Assembly: GCF_006345805.1 (NCBI RefSeq)
Contig: NC_042997.1
Span: 129,456,001 to 129,520,000 of the forward strand
Length of the DNA stretch: 64,000 nt
Origin: Octopus sinensis
Lineage: Eukaryota
Direction: 5' to 3'
The notes below the pieces were generated by a model, which had not been told where the DNA came from, searched no databases, and was given only the letters and a program-made list of their open reading frames with translations. Shown here one piece after another: positions 47,901 through 61,927 of this stretch. Both the position numbers and the translations under genes were made by a program. Position 1 is the stretch's first letter; each line of letters begins with the position of its first letter.

Positions 47901-50900
47901 TACCATGGTCAGTTTGTTCAGCTTAGGTCTATTTCAAATGAATCAGTATTAATTGGACAAAGCAGTGTTCTCTTTATTTACAAGTAATATCAAGAGTCTA
48001 TTTACAAGTAAAACCAATAGTATGAACAGATTCTATGAGCAATGTTACATATACAGTGCTTAACAGTATATCTACTGGTTTTGTATTAGCTCACTCGAGT
48101 GTTTGTCTTGACATCAAATTATATTAACTGACCATCATTAATTCATGTTGAAACACTTATAGCTGGTTATTCCAAATGTTCTATTTGACAGCTGGATAAA
48201 ACTTTATTAAATCTCTTCAAATTCTTTATCATGCAACAAATCAACTGACTGCTTAAGTTAAAGTCAAGTATTCAACTAAGAAATGAGAATATCTTCTATT
48301 TTTCACCTAAATAAATAAAGAGATCTGTAGTTTAATGTAACCGTATCTTCTTTGTGTAGTATTTATAAAATGTTAGAGGGGACACCATAACATCACACAA
48401 ACTGCTATTAGTAATATGACTACTGTCTTAGTAGTAATCAGATATTTTTTTTAGAAAATATCTGTTATGAAAGCAGCATAATTCTACAGATTAAAATTTT
48501 TCTAAAACAAAAATATCTAAAATGGAATACTTTGGTTGAAATGGCTGACATCTCTCACACTACTCGTTAAAAGAGGGCTATAAATTATTAATTGATGTTG
48601 TTGATAGGAATGTAGCATAAGAACATCCAAAGACGCAGTCATCAGCAAAATTATAATGATATTAATAATAATTTGTTTAGTAATTTAAATAACAAAGAGT
48701 TATGAATTTAAGCCCAATGTGTATGTATGTGTGTAACACAAAACCTAGTGATTTTGAGAGAAATGAAACATGGGGAAGAATCTATTAACAGTATACATAG
48801 ATTACCTTGATGATTATGATGATTTGGAAAAATATACAAGAAACAGACTGTTCCTTCAGATATAGATGTTTACAATGGGCATCTTACATACAAAGTATAA
48901 AACCTGAGATTTCAGTTTGGATGTATAAAAGTGGGGTTGGAAATTGTGATGTTTATTCCTTTCTTAAAAGCAGAAGTAGCCAGACACTGAGATCAAGATG
49001 TAAATGATATATTTCAATAGCTGTTTAGATGACTCATAAGAAGATTGTGGTGAAATATTACAAGAGGTTTTATATTCTGGGTGAAAACATTAAATGAAAT
49101 TGTGAGGGGCAAATGAATTTTTGAAAGAAAATGGATGGAGAAAGAGCATATCCAGAAGATGTCAAATAAATAAGCATGTAAAATAGTCAAGCAAGTAACG
49201 AAATAGACTACCCAACTGCCATGTTCATTATATGCAATGCAGCGTATTTGGAAAAGGTTTCATCATTTTACATCTAGCTCTCTATGCTGGTTTGTTTGAG
49301 ACCCTTTCTAATACTAAGCACCCAACTGTGAGGGAGAAAAATCTGATTATTTACAATGATAATGATGAATTTTCTTAACATGGACAATTTTGTGAGAAGA
49401 ATATATAAATTGATTATATCCAGTATATTTAATCTGACATTGGTAGGGTTTGAACATTAGTAACATAAGTTACTACTACACTCTGGCAACTTTTATTATG
49501 ATGATGATAAATTTATTGTCATTAGGCAAGAAGGACAATCGTAGTAAGGTGTTCACTGACTCAAAATAGCATATAACAAGCAGTATTTTTAATTACTACT
49601 TGGGGGTTAAATCATCTGTTGTTGAAATTATATATTGAATAACATTACTGTGTTGTCTTAACCAGCTCTTTTAGTAAATTCTCAAGATAATAGAATGGAT
49701 ACTCTACCAGCTATAATTTAAGTATCACATTTTCTGAAGTTTAAATTTTACCACAGTTGACTTTGTGCATTGTTAAAAGTAATCTACAGAACAAAATACC
49801 AAAGTTTCCCTCCTTGAACATTGACAAGAAAATCTCTAATTCAGATTAGACAATCTTGAAAGGATAAAAGGCAAAGCTGAACTCGATGGTATATGAAATT
49901 GGTACGCAAAGAGATATAACTAAATATAGTATAATTAATACATGTCTAATGTGTTATCCATTCCACTGTAAAAATAAAAATAACAAGAACTTCTAATATA
50001 GGTACAAGGACACGTACTTAACTGGTACTTATTTTATCAAATTCAGAAAGATGAAAGACAAAGTCAAGCCAGACGGGAATTAAACTCAGAATATAATTAA
50101 ATGACACAAGGTATTGTTTCCTGCCACTCTAACAATTCTGTCAAACACAGCCTTCTATATACAACTATGAATACTTCTAATGATTATAATAATCCTTTCT
50201 ACTGGAGGCACAAGGCCTCAAATTTGGCAGGAGGGGACTAGTTGATCACATCAACCCCATTGTTTCACTAGTAGTTAATTTATCGACCCCAAACGGATGA
50301 AAGGTGAAGTCGACCTTGATGCAATTTGAACTCAGAACATAGTGACGGGCGAAATACTGCTAAGCATTTTGTCTAGCATGCTAATGATTCTGCCTGCTCG
50401 CTGCCTTCTAATGATTATAATAATTACTGTCTAACCATGAAATGTACACTTTTAGTATTTTTATCTTAGAACAGTAGTGACTAAGTGAAAGACACACAAA
50501 ACAATTTTAAAAAACATAACAAAGGGAGTCATGATAGAATCTAATAAACCAATACCTCCAAAACTAGCTGCTTATAACAGTGATGAGATCCAATGTATAA
50601 TGGTAGGCAAATGTACAGCCTCATGAAAAAAGTTCAGGTGTAAGGTTTTAAGTGAATGTTATGGTAAAGATGGGTGTCTGTTTAAAAAAATATTCTGTAT
50701 GCATCTTATTCTATACTACTAACAATTACAAATTAACAACTGCTGCTCTAAAAGACTTGTTAAGCCAACTGAGAGCAAGCAATCTGCCTTTATCAAGGAC
50801 ACAATATGTTAGAGAATAAGCTGGAAGTTATAACACAGAAGCCTATCTGGACTATATGCTTCATTATCAGGTGATAAATTGTACATAAAAATTGATATAT

Positions 50901-51600
50901 ACCTTCTGTTTTCTCAAGAAAGATACAAAAGACAGATCTATCACCATTTTATAACAGATCTCATGAGATAAGGTAAACATTTGCAGTGGTGCAGAAAAAA
51001 TTCAATCCATTGATTCTCTGGCACCAATATGTGTTAAATTTGAGACAATGTTATATAGTGTTATTTAACATTGTTCTCTGCAGTTTTTATTATAATGGAT
51101 TTTATGGAATAAAACTTTGTGGTAAAATGCCTTCAGCAAGCACTATACCAGATAATATACAAGTTAAAACTGAAATAATTTACAACCAATAGTTTGCATG
51201 TGATATAAAAACAACAACGGAAACAAAACAATATTTCCCTTCATCAGTCACAATGAGAATGTCTGTCTGTTGAAAAAAAAAAGCAAAAAACAATTTGCTC
51301 ACTGGAGGAAATTCTTCAACATACATGAATCAGGAAAGTATTTCATGAATAAGTGATCAATGCTAGTAAGATGATAGATTTGTGGAGATGATTTAGTAGT
51401 AAGACAGTGAAGGTAAATGTCAGTTTTGAAGATCTATTTTTTTTTGAAGATCTATTTTTTTCTGTCAAACATAACATGTATATGTTATGTTTGATTAAAA
51501 TAATTCAGACTTTCAGTGCAGTATTGCTTCATGTAATTCATAGTATAACAGGGAAATATGATCAAGTATAATGTTGAACAGAAAATAGTGTATCTCAGAA

Positions 51601-52172
51601 TCAATAACGATTACTGATCCCTATTGAAGATGGATTAGGTCTGCTTGCCAAATTTTGGTTCATGCCCATGTTAGGCATTTGTGAAGCCCGCTGTGGACCC
51701 CATTGTGGGATGTGTCGGTCCATAGAACTAGGTCCAGAATTATTGGTTGGAAAACGGGGATGATTTTTCACTCCACCAAATGGTGAATTATCACTTCTTT
51801 GAGGTAAAGATAGCCCTTTTGCTACAGCAGTAATATTTTCAAGGATATTAGGCCCACTCTGCATCAAATTGTCAAGAGCCCTTTTAACAGTAGGGTTTTC
51901 AAAGTTGATAAAAGCTTTCATATTTGAAGGATTTCCAAAAAATTCAGGGGGAACATCTTCCATATTGCTCGTTGCAGCATCAGATTTAGTACGAAGAGGA
52001 TTGAGCAGTGATGATGACTGTCCATCAGCAGAGTTATCTCCAGCGGTATTAGAAGTAATCATACTTAATATTTTAGATTGAAAATCTGTATCTTTCTGCT
52101 GGTTGGGATGCTGTAACAGCATTTTGCTATCATTTCTTCGCTTATCCTCTTCGGCTCTAAAGCCACCTGAAC
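51601..52172 (-). CDS. NCOA5: NCOA5 last coding exon (..DFQSKILSMI...INFENPTVKRALDNLMQSGP...SNRY*)
   Basis: ttttgtccttcag acceptor at 52173-52174, in frame with ORF 51601-52122. Motifs match NCOA5 LQAKILSLF and INFDNPSVQKALDTLIQSGP. Confidence 0.93.
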
Positions 52173-52689
52173 CTGAAGGACAAAAAGATAAACTGAACCA
52201 CTATTTTACTAATATTGTTATCAATATACAGTATATGTCCATAATAACATTTGACAAAGATAAGGGAAATAATTGTTGTTCACTGATACCAACTTATAGT
52301 TTGTACCTTCGGCTTCCCAACAATGTTTTCTTTTGGAATACATTTTAGATATGATATTTTTATTCTCTGTGGATATTTGATAACAACAAACATACACAGA
52401 GAAATAAAAGGAATATTTCTGACAAAGAAGAATGCAATAGTGAAGTAAAGAAATCATGAATTTAGTTGGAGCCTGATTGTAAGATAGAGAACAAGATGCA
52501 CTAGAAAAGAAACAAAAATAATAATGAAGTCCCAGTTTCTTCTAAATATACTGCCTCTAAGTGTTTTCTACTGACACAGCTTTCACCAAATTCCAGCTTT
52601 CTCTTTCTCTGCGAGTAATATCAGTAAAAATTGTAGTTAATATAAAATTCATAACAAGGAGATAATAATGCTGTTAATGTTCCACTTAC

Positions 52690-55440
52690 ATTGAGACAAG
52701 GAAAAACACGAGTACTGCATTCTGAGGTAGAAGGGCTTGGTGTCTCTCATCACCCATGTTGGACACAGCACAAAAAATACGAGGAGGTAGAGAAAACACA
52801 GAGACAGAATGCAGCACATCTGTTGGCCAAAGGCTTGAGTGGTCAGTGAGTGACTTTACACCAACCAGTTGAGTAGCTTTCCCTGTATGGGAAACAGCAG
52901 CATTGTCCCTGATGTTAGAGCAATACTCCACTGTGGGCCTCATGTAAGCTTTGCAGAATGCCAGTAATTTTGGGGAACTGAAGTATTTTTTGGCTCCCAA
53001 AAGAATCAGTCCTTGAGATACAGTTCTAGTTATGTTAACAACGTGATTTTGCCATAGGAGATTCTTGGTGATACTGAAGTCTAAAGTTTGGAATGATCAT
53101 GAAGGTTCTAGTTACTCTTTAGGGTGAGATGCAATAATGTTTTCTTTATCTGAATAGTAGTTTTGTTATTTTTTGCCATTGAAAGAGACAAAATCATATA
53201 TCCCCACTGGAGGATAAGGTCCAGGTCATTGTTCATGGAGTCAGTGCAGATTTTATGTATGGTATCTAAGGTGCATGAAGATGATATTTGGTTAGAGAAG
53301 AATGACATGCAGTACCTTCTGCAAAGAGTGGACATTATTGGACATGACAGAAAGAGCTCTTTCAACACACCATGATAGTACAATCTAATGAGATTCACAA
53401 AGCAAACACTGTTGATTTCTTTACTTCACCATTGCTAATGCTGAGGATAACAACACTGCATTCACCAAATTTCTCTTGGATGAGACTCCATTAGTGAGTG
53501 ATATAGGAGAGGTCTCCAGTAGTTGAATCAAGTTATATAGAAGCTGGAATTGAGAACACTATTGTATATGGCTGTCTCCATTACATATGTGATAATGAAA
53601 GTGAATGTGATAGGGTCAGAGCAGTACTCTTCTTGAGAATGGGATATATGCAAACTGTAGTGTGTTTCTAAAGATTTAGTTATCTGTTGTGAGGGAGAGT
53701 ATGCAGAGTTAGGTTTGCTCCTATAGGAGCAAACTTTCAGGTGCATTGTTTGATAGAAATGGAAAAGACATTGTCACTGTAGATGGCCTTATTAGTTTGA
53801 AGTGACAGGAGGTATCTTTTTGAAGCTTGGAGATGGATGCAAAGCAGGTAGTTGAAGCAAAATCATTCTTGCAAATACTGCTCATAAAACTACCATGATT
53901 GAAAAGAAAAGTTAAAAATGATTTTGTAAAATTGGTGGATATCATTAAGGCAAGAGACCAGAAGGATTGGTTATAGTTTGAGTGGTGGAGAGCTCAAGAG
54001 TGGTGTGATGCATGGAAGTATCCTTGACAGCTCAGAGAGTGGTCTTGCAAGAGTTTTTGTGCTAATCATCATCATCGTTTAATGTCCGCTTTCCATGCTA
54101 GCATGGGTTGGACGATGTAACTGAGGACTGGTGAACCAGATGGCTGCACCAGGCTCCAATCTGATCTGGCAGAGTTTCTACAGCCAGATGCCCCTTCCTA
54201 ACGCCAACCACTCCAAGAGTGTGGTGGGTGCTTTTACGTGCCACTGGCATGAGGGCCAGTTAGGTGGTACTGGCAATGGCCATGCTCAAGTGGTCTTTTT
54301 TACATGCTAGCTGCACAGGAGCCAATCCAGCAGCACTAGCAACAACCTCGCTCAAATGTTTTTCATGTGCCACTGGCATGGGTGCCAGTCATTGAATTTG
54401 ATTTGCCATTTAGTTTTTATTGAAGGATGAGTTTCTCTAGTCATTACTACGCTGTTGTGTTCCTTGAACAGTTGCAATGCTGCTATGAGTGAACTAATCA
54501 GAGGACACAGAGTATCAGTTTTTGTTGTGGAGGGACATTTCTAAGAGAATAGTTTCAGTTACACACCAGTTTCTGATACAGCAGGAGTGAAGCACATGTG
54601 TTGTTAGGGATAGTTAGAATAAATATAGAGAGGAGGGTTATGATACGGTAGAGGTTAGATTCGGAAGCAAGAAGGAAGTTAAGGCTATCTGGAGTGTCTG
54701 TGTGTTGGTCAAGGAGCATGACATAAAGGATGAAATAACTTGATGTAGAAAACTGAGGATTATAAAAGAATCCATTTCTCCACCAGTAGCATTGGTGTGG
54801 TATATGTGTAAGAACCAAAAAGAATTGTAGCATTGATATTACTGAAGATGATGACTTTGGAGAGGTAGTGAAGTGAAATGATGTGGCCTAAAATGCAGGA
54901 GTAGATATATTAGGAATAGTGAAGGAGAGAGATTTTAAGTCAGATTAACTGGAAATTGTCATTGCTGATATTCAAGTGAGAAAGATGAGTGACAGTGGAG
55001 TGGAAGTGAAGTCAAGATGTATGCAGATACCATCTTTTGGTGTGAAGTTTAAACAAAAAGTGTAGCCTGCACAGCAGAGATGTCTGTAGGTAAGGGTTGA
55101 GAAATTTGTGCCTTGGCAAGAGGCAGCATGTTTTTCAGAAGTGATGAAAGGATCTGGGTTGGAACAAAGTTCATGAATGTTGTTCAGTAGATTTAGTTCT
55201 GGGAAAGTGTAAAAGCCAATGCTGTGTTGATAAGTCATGGAAAACTCCAGCTGGAAATCTGGTTTGAATGCAAGCAACAGAAAAAATTCCACTAAACACA
55301 TTTGTGGGCCAGGTAGTGTTGAACAGAGTGGCATGACATGTTTTAACATGCCTATCACACAGAAAAAAAGATGGATGCCCTATGCTGTTTATAACAGGAC
55401 TAAGAAGAATGGTGGCCAAAACAAGAGGCAAGCAAGATGT
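52690..55440 (-). mobile_element. Near full-length decayed CR1/Jockey-type LINE in the last NCOA5 intron
   Basis: APE-like remnants at about 54550-55230 and an RT C-terminus AKKYFS.PKLLA..KA.MRPTVEYCS.I at about 52900-53000. It is interrupted by an RTE tail at 54065-54410. Its 5' part is shared with 33430-33700 (+). Confidence 0.65.
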
Positions 55441-56197
55441 CTGTAACCCCAATGTTTTTTTAACAACAGTATTTATTTATTCATTCAGATGGCAGTTTGT
55501 AGATTGTGTTTTAAGGGCAGCACTAGCAGAAATAGAGAGAAAAGAGTGAGTGAGAGAGAGAGAAAGAGAGAGAATGAAAGGAACAGGCAGAGACAAAGAG
55601 AGAAATTGATCTTGTTAACTGCCAGTAGTTGATACCACTTGTAAATAAGATTGCAACTCTTCTAGATCCATTAGAAATTCAAAGGAGGAAAAAAAAATTT
55701 AAGGATACTGTTGTCTCATTTCTGCAGAGCTTATTTACATTCTTTTCCCCATTAATCTTGTATCTGTAAATAATAGAATGACACTGTTATCTGTAAAGAT
55801 TTGGTTGGAAGTATATTTCATTTACTTTTTTTTTGTCTTTGGATTTAATCCTTGTCTGTATATCCTGGTGAAATAGTCAAGTTATTTTGCTAAGGTGTGG
55901 TTGTTCTGTTTCTATCTCAGAAAATATACTGGTTGAGTTGGGTCAAATACGAGACCTATATGACAGGGCAGTATTGACAATGAACAGTTAAAATTTCCCA
56001 CAGATAGTAATTAGCGGAGTTTATGTAACGACTTCTCACACTCATTTTCGATGTAAGAATTCTAAGAAGGGAGTGGAGAAAGGAGGAAGAACAATATAAG
56101 ATGGAAAAAGAATCAAAAGTATTTTTTTTAAATGCTTTGCATAATCTGGTGTGCCAAAAGATTATATTCCACAGAAAAAGACAAAAACAGAACTGAC

Positions 56198-56467
56198 CTT
56201 CTGAGGAAGCAGATTGCATGTTCATCTCCATCATCTTCTTCTTTCGGTTAGAGACATACAGCAACACTTTATCCAATTCTTCAATTGAGAGATGGCGGCT
56301 ATCAGCTAATAGATCTAACAAATATCTGATCTCAAATGAAGGTGGATCAAATACTTGAGTTGGTGCAGGTTTTGAAGAATTGCTTTCCTCTTTCATTTGT
56401 TGGAGATAACGTTCAAAGTTGCGTGCTACAAGATTCATAGCATCAGCTAATGGCATATTTCTGTGCT
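56198..56467 (-). CDS. NCOA5: NCOA5 exon (EHRNMPLADAMNLVARNFERY...YLLDLLADSRHLSIEELDKVLLYV)
   Basis: tttttcaatag acceptor, GTCAGT donor, 270 nt, phase 1/1. Close match to NCOA5 EHRNMPQADAMVLVARNYERY and the LxxLL-type LINLLADNRYL helix. Confidence 0.95.
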
Positions 56468-56724
56468 CTATTGAAAAATAAGAACATTTTATGAGTAAGA
56501 AATGGTCTTCATTTAAGCTTACAAATATTAGCTACAATAATTAACATTAGTGTAAAATATGAACTGTCACTGGCACAAAGAATTGTTCCTGCTTTAATTA
56601 CAACAGAAATGAAAAATATTAGCATAAAGGGCTAAAATTGAATTTTCTCATAGCAGAAAGAACGATTTATGTGAAAATTAAATATGCAATCTTTATCTGG
56701 ACAAAGTGGCTTATCAATACCAGT

Positions 56725-56744
56725 AATATATATATATATTATAT

Positions 56745-56777
<33 letters not shown>

Positions 56778-56778
56778 T
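56725..56778. repeat. (TA)n microsatellite; others at 12753, 22672, 31757 and 32766; (CA)n at 12448; (TG)n at 17504; (TTA)n at 20717
   Basis: Read directly from the sequence. Confidence 0.95.
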
Positions 56779-56991
56779 TATTAATATTTACACTACTGAA
56801 TTTTAGCCCTCTCCATCCATCATAAAAATATCCTATCAAAAGTGCACAGCTTAGAATTGGAAGTAAGAGATTCTATATTTATTGTTCCATCTAACACAAG
56901 TTGAATAGTTTTGTAAATTTAAATGGCTCATGGGAACAAAGAAATGTAAAGTCAATACGCAAAATAAGAATGGTTTTTAAAACTAACTTAC

Positions 56992-57191
56992 CTTGTGGAG
57001 TACCTGGAAATATATGCAAGGTTAATGAATTATAAACTTCATTTTGTGGACATATGATAATGACATATAATACTCCTTGTCGAGCTTTTTCTTCCACAAA
57101 ATTCATTTGAGGAGAATCCTCAGGAATTACACAGATCTCAGCACTCATGTTGAAATTTTCCAATCTTCTTTTTAAATGATCAGCATAGTCT
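56992..57191 (-). CDS. NCOA5: NCOA5 exon (DYADHLKRRLENF...YVIIICPQNEVYNSLTLHIFPGTPQ)
   Basis: tctgttatag acceptor, GTAAGT donor, 200 nt, phase 2 to 1. Aligns to the NCOA5 core DYAESVGRK...FAIVITQQHQ..SCTVNIMFGTPQ. Confidence 0.92.
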
Positions 57192-58183
57192 CTATAACAG
57201 AAATGTAATAGTTGAAGTTAAGGAAATTTTTATGAGGTTCCTAATTAGCTAGATATTATTACTCCAATTATATTATCAATATAATTATCAACAGAATTAT
57301 CTAAAACTTAATATGAAATAACTGAATATAATAATATCCAGCATCTCAATTTTTACTTTTCTGAATATAATGTAATTATTGGTTATACTGATAGACACAA
57401 TATAACCCAGTGGTTAAGAAGTTCACTTCACAATCACAAAGTCTCAGGTTCAATCCTACTGCATGGCATCATGGAAAGTTTCTTTTCCCACAGCATTGGG
57501 TTGATTAAAGGGGTTGATTAAAGCCTTATTAGTGGAATTGCACTGAAGCCTGTCCTGAGACCCTGAACTCATAAGGATAGAGCTTAACCTGGTTCCCGTT
57601 GCATATAAATCAGTGAGATTACAACATTCTTCCTGCTTGAATGGCATGCTGCTCTATCACAGGATTAACTTCCCAGCTATTGTTGGAACTCATTTTTACA
57701 GCTGAATGAACTGGAGCAATGTGAAATGGAGTGTTTTGCTCAAGAACACAATGTACTACCCACTCTGGGAACTGAAACCATGAGGCCAGGTGCTTTTACC
57801 ATATAAATTGCATCTATAGTTTAAAGACCCAGCCTTTCTCATTAATCCCATCTAAGAACAGCCAATTCAACTAATTTAAAAGAAACATTCAAACAATTGC
57901 AGTTGAATGCTGAAGTCAACTCCTCCTACTTCCTAAACTTTTCATTAACAGTTTACATCATAGGGGACAAACTGAAAGTTTAAGATATTTCTTTAATCTT
58001 TATATTGGTAAAGCTTTAAGATCTGGGTTAATAATTCTATTTACCTCACACATAATGAACATACAGTAGACTCTACACACTTGTAAGACAAAAAAATCCA
58101 CACAGATAAGCAGGTATGTATGTACTCATGAACATACACACATATACAGGTGATTAAGTAAAAATTCAAGTGCAAAAATTTAC

Positions 58184-58318
58184 CTCAGCTGTGGACTTGT
58201 AATCAATAAAGAAGCATCAAATGTTGGTCTTTGTGGTGGAGCATTATTGGAATAAGGAGGATTGTCATTAAAAGGAGGACGGGTCCAGTTGTTAGCTTCC
58301 CTGTCAAAAGAATCAGGT
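58184..58318 (-). CDS. NCOA5: NCOA5 exon (PDSFDREANNWTRPPFNDNPPYSNNAPPQRPTFDASLLITSPQL)
   Basis: tttttcacag acceptor, GTAAAT donor, 135 nt, phase 2/2. Confidence 0.85.
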
Positions 58319-58964
58319 CTGTGAAAAAACAATTAACACGAAAACAAATTTTTAACCAATAGGTCCGCAAGGAAAATTTATAGATATCCTCTTGTATTTC
58401 ATGACCAAAAATGGTCAATAATTCACTTGATTTTAAAGTAAAAATCGTGTGAAGATCTATAGTGCATAAATGATGAGCAGATTTACTTAATCCAGCTTTG
58501 TTACCACACTAGCTTAAAATAATCATTGTTTAAGTGGATGTGATATTTACATGAAAATAATTAGCAATAACAGCAGTAAAATGTCTTAAATATTAGCATA
58601 AGGATGGAGTTTGAAAGTTACAATGATCTCTTAAGAAAAAAAAAAAAAAAAAATGAAATCTATGGCTTTTCGAAAGCATTTTTGAAAATATTCTATAGTA
58701 ACAGAGACTTATTATATAATATCTTTTTCTACTTTAGGCAAAAGGCCTGAAATTTTGGGGGAGGAGGCCCAGCCAATTAAATTGACCCCAGTATGCAGCT
58801 GGTACTTAATTTATCGACCCTGAAAGGATGAAAGGCAAAGTCAACCTCAGCGGAATTTGAACTCAGAACGTAAAGACAGACGAAATACCACTAAGCATTT
58901 CACCCTGCATGCTAACGTTTCTGCCAGCTTGATATAATTGTATTTACATTTGAAGCAAAATTAA

Positions 58965-59695
58965 AATTAACCCTTTTGTTACACCGCCTTTGTTTCAATT
59001 AAATTTTATAACAAGGAATTTAGTAAAATTACAGTCATTATCAAACTGCTGTTTGGAATATCACTTTGATTTTAATTTCATCACCTTTAAGCAGGAAATG
59101 TATATCACAGAACCAAGGACAGTCTCGACTGGGTTAATATCAAATGGTTAAATGTTAATATTTAGATCAAAACTAAACATTTATAAATAAAACAATGTCC
59201 AACCTCGAACGATTATCTCGATATTCATCATAATATTGATTTCCCATTGGTCCTTGTTGTGGTGGCTGTTGCTGCTGCTGTGCTGGTGGTTGTTGTTGTA
59301 AACGCTGGTTAATGTTTGGTGGGCCATTCCATTTATTAGAATTATCAAAGAACTCCCTGCAATAAAGTAAATGAAATATCCCTAATTTCAAAAAGTGAAT
59401 TAAATTAGAAAATAAACTTAAAATTCATTAAAAAAAGACTGGGAAATAAATCAGACAGAAAAAACCTTCTTGAGCAAACCAACTTCAACTATTTGTTACA
59501 ATATTCTATTGAAATACATTGCTTTGTTTCCATTAATTTTGAAAATAACAACGAAATTAGTAAAATAAGTGTCATTATTAAGCTGGTTTCTGGAACTTGA
59601 ATTGATGGAAGATTTTAATTTAGATCACTTCATAACAAGAAATTTGTATTCTGGAACCAGGGGTTGTCTCAGGCAGGTTTGATCAAAAGGGTTAA
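58965..59695. mobile_element. Two older related TTAA-type MITE copies (about 58965-59150 and 59470-59695) flanking an NCOA5 exon
   Basis: TTAACCCTTT / AAAGGGTTAA-like ends; interior CTTTGTTTC.ATTAA..TTAGTAAAAT similar to the 16.3 kb MITE. Confidence 0.6.
59204..59356 (-). CDS. NCOA5: NCOA5 exon, Q/P-rich (EFFDNSNKWNGPP...QQQPPAQQQQQPPQQGPMGNQYYDEYRDNRS)
   Basis: tttattgcag acceptor, weak GTTGGA donor, 153 nt, phase 2/2, open frame. Confidence 0.8.
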
Positions 59696-60976
59696 ATCAA
59701 AATATTGCAACATGTTATTGCATTAGTGATAACGTGCTTTCAATAAATAAACAACTGCACTCATTTTTACAGAGTAAATTTGTATTCCCGGTATATTTTG
59801 GTTACAATATTCTACTGTTTAAAACAAGTTACCTAACCTTTACATCTAGTAATATAACAATCATGAATTTAAATATTTTTTTTCAAATGCATTAAATAAA
59901 AAAGGGGAAAAAATGTAATAAACTTAATATAGAGTGGACTTTGAACAAAGTGTTGCAATTTTTGATAGTGTAAATAAGCCAGTCAGCAGAAGTGAAAGGA
60001 AACGAAAGCTTCAAATATCTCTCTTCCTAAATTTTATGAAAGAATTAGGTTTAATCAGTCATGTTTATGGCTCAAAATCATCGACTGTTTCTTTATTCCA
60101 ATACAAGTGTTGGAAGAATGGGGGAACTAACCACTATGTAAAATGAAATAACAAAACAACAAAAAGATAAAATAAAATTCAAGCATTATCATAGATATTT
60201 AGGAAGTAATGTAAATAATTTTAAGCCAATTTAATATATTCCATATAAGTTACAGCTGTTTTTAGTTAGAAATACAGTAATGAAATAATGGTTGTGTGCC
60301 GTTAAACCTCTCTCCATCTATCATAGCAACAGAGATAATTCTACTTCAATTTGTTCCAGTGATAGTTGTACCTTGTATGGACATCTACATCATTTTTATC
60401 AAATCCTTCTATAGACAAACATAGAGTGATACTCATGGAAATAGAGCTTTTATGGTCACCTGAAACTCCATTCTATTCACTTAACCTTCTTACTGGACAA
60501 CTCTTATAGTTCAATTCCTCTTTCTAGAATGCAAGACTCACTATAGTATCATTAGAATCTACAATGAAGTCTGACTGCTATAAGTTAACAGAGCTAACTT
60601 ATACTAGAAGTTAGTACTGAGAATAAACTAATGATAAAAGTACTTTTTCAGTTGACATGTAGAAATGAATTGGCCAAACTGAGGCAGAATTTAGATGTTA
60701 GACTGATTGTGAGAAACTTATTTCTGGTTGCATATTAGTGTAGCAATGTTGTTCATTAAGAGAAACAATGAAGAGAGTGTTTTGGTGTAAGGAATATTTA
60801 CTTTGGCTGAGTCTTGCAGTTTCTGTTGAGCAACACTGACAGTAATTTCTACACCAATCATTTGAAGGTCACTAGAAACCCAAGGAAATCATGAGCTGAG
60901 ATTCAAAAGCTTTGTTTTTCACTAAAATTTGAAGGGAGGAGCAACAGTTTGTGTTATGTTGTAAAGAAAGGAAATA

Positions 60977-61331
60977 TGAGGTGGTATCAAGAAGTACCTG
61001 GACTAGTTATGCTTAATAAAAAATAACTTATTTACCTAAGTTTTAACATCATCTTCTTTGAAATAGTCCCTGTAGCAGACTTCCCAAGTTTAATGAAAAA
61101 ATTTCAAGTTGGCACTTTGTGTCAACTTTCTGTCCATGACAAAATCACGGACTACAGCATACATGTGATCACAAAAATACAAATTTCACAATTTGCAAAG
61201 TAAATACAGCAGTGCCACTTGGTGCACTGCTTCATGAAGGTCACTGCTAGCTCTCACTGTGCACACAACCATGTGCTGCCATCTGTTGGGGCACTACAGA
61301 ACTAGTCCAGGAACTTTTTGATACCACCTCC
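60977..61331. mobile_element. Tc1/mariner-type MITE
   Basis: 30-bp TIRs GAGGTGGTATCAAGAAGTACCTGGACTAGT / ACTAGTCCAGGAACTTTTTGATACCACCTC, with TA on both sides (60975-60976 and 61332-61333). Confidence 0.85.
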
Positions 61332-61801
61332 TATCAAATGTTTCAGACAGAGATCTTCATCCAACAATAAGAGAAGATATTCTACAAAATAAGTAAAGTA
61401 GGATAGGGTCAAGGGTAGAAAGAGAAAAGAACTCGACCAGCTACAAACCTGAAATAGAATCTATAGATTTAATTTAGAAGACAAAGAAAACAGTAAAAGG
61501 AATCCAAAATCTTAGTGGCCATATCATGCCTGACTGACAAAATAAGCTCTATCATTATTTCATTGTTTCAAGATATCTAATTGTACAAAATTATATAATA
61601 ATAATGTAATAAATACACACACTATTGTATTATATATAATGGATGGGAAGACATAGATGGTGTTAGTTTAACATACAAATCTATTAATACTATATCTCTG
61701 GCTAAACATTGACAGTTTGAACACGACACACACAAAGAAAGACATATGAGAATGAAAAGAACTTCAAAAGATAAATATAAAAAAAATACAAAACAAATTA
61801 C

Positions 61802-61927
61802 CTGTTCTCCATTTCAGCTCCATTCTTGCCTGAAGGTCCAGCTCTGTTGAATGGTTCACGAAGAGGAGATCGATCCCGATTTGGCATGCCTGGATTTCCC
61901 CAAGGCTCTTTATCTCGCATATTAAAC
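61802..61927 (-). CDS. NCOA5: NCOA5 exon (FNMRDKEPWGNPGMPNRDRSPLREPFNRAGPSGKNGAEMEN)
   Basis: tttttaaag acceptor, GTAATT donor, phase 2/2; RDRSPLR resembles NCOA5 RDRSPIR. Confidence 0.87.

Noticed and set aside
51869-52348. Plus-strand ORFs overlapping the last NCOA5 exon
   Set aside because: They are antisense shadows of the real coding exon.
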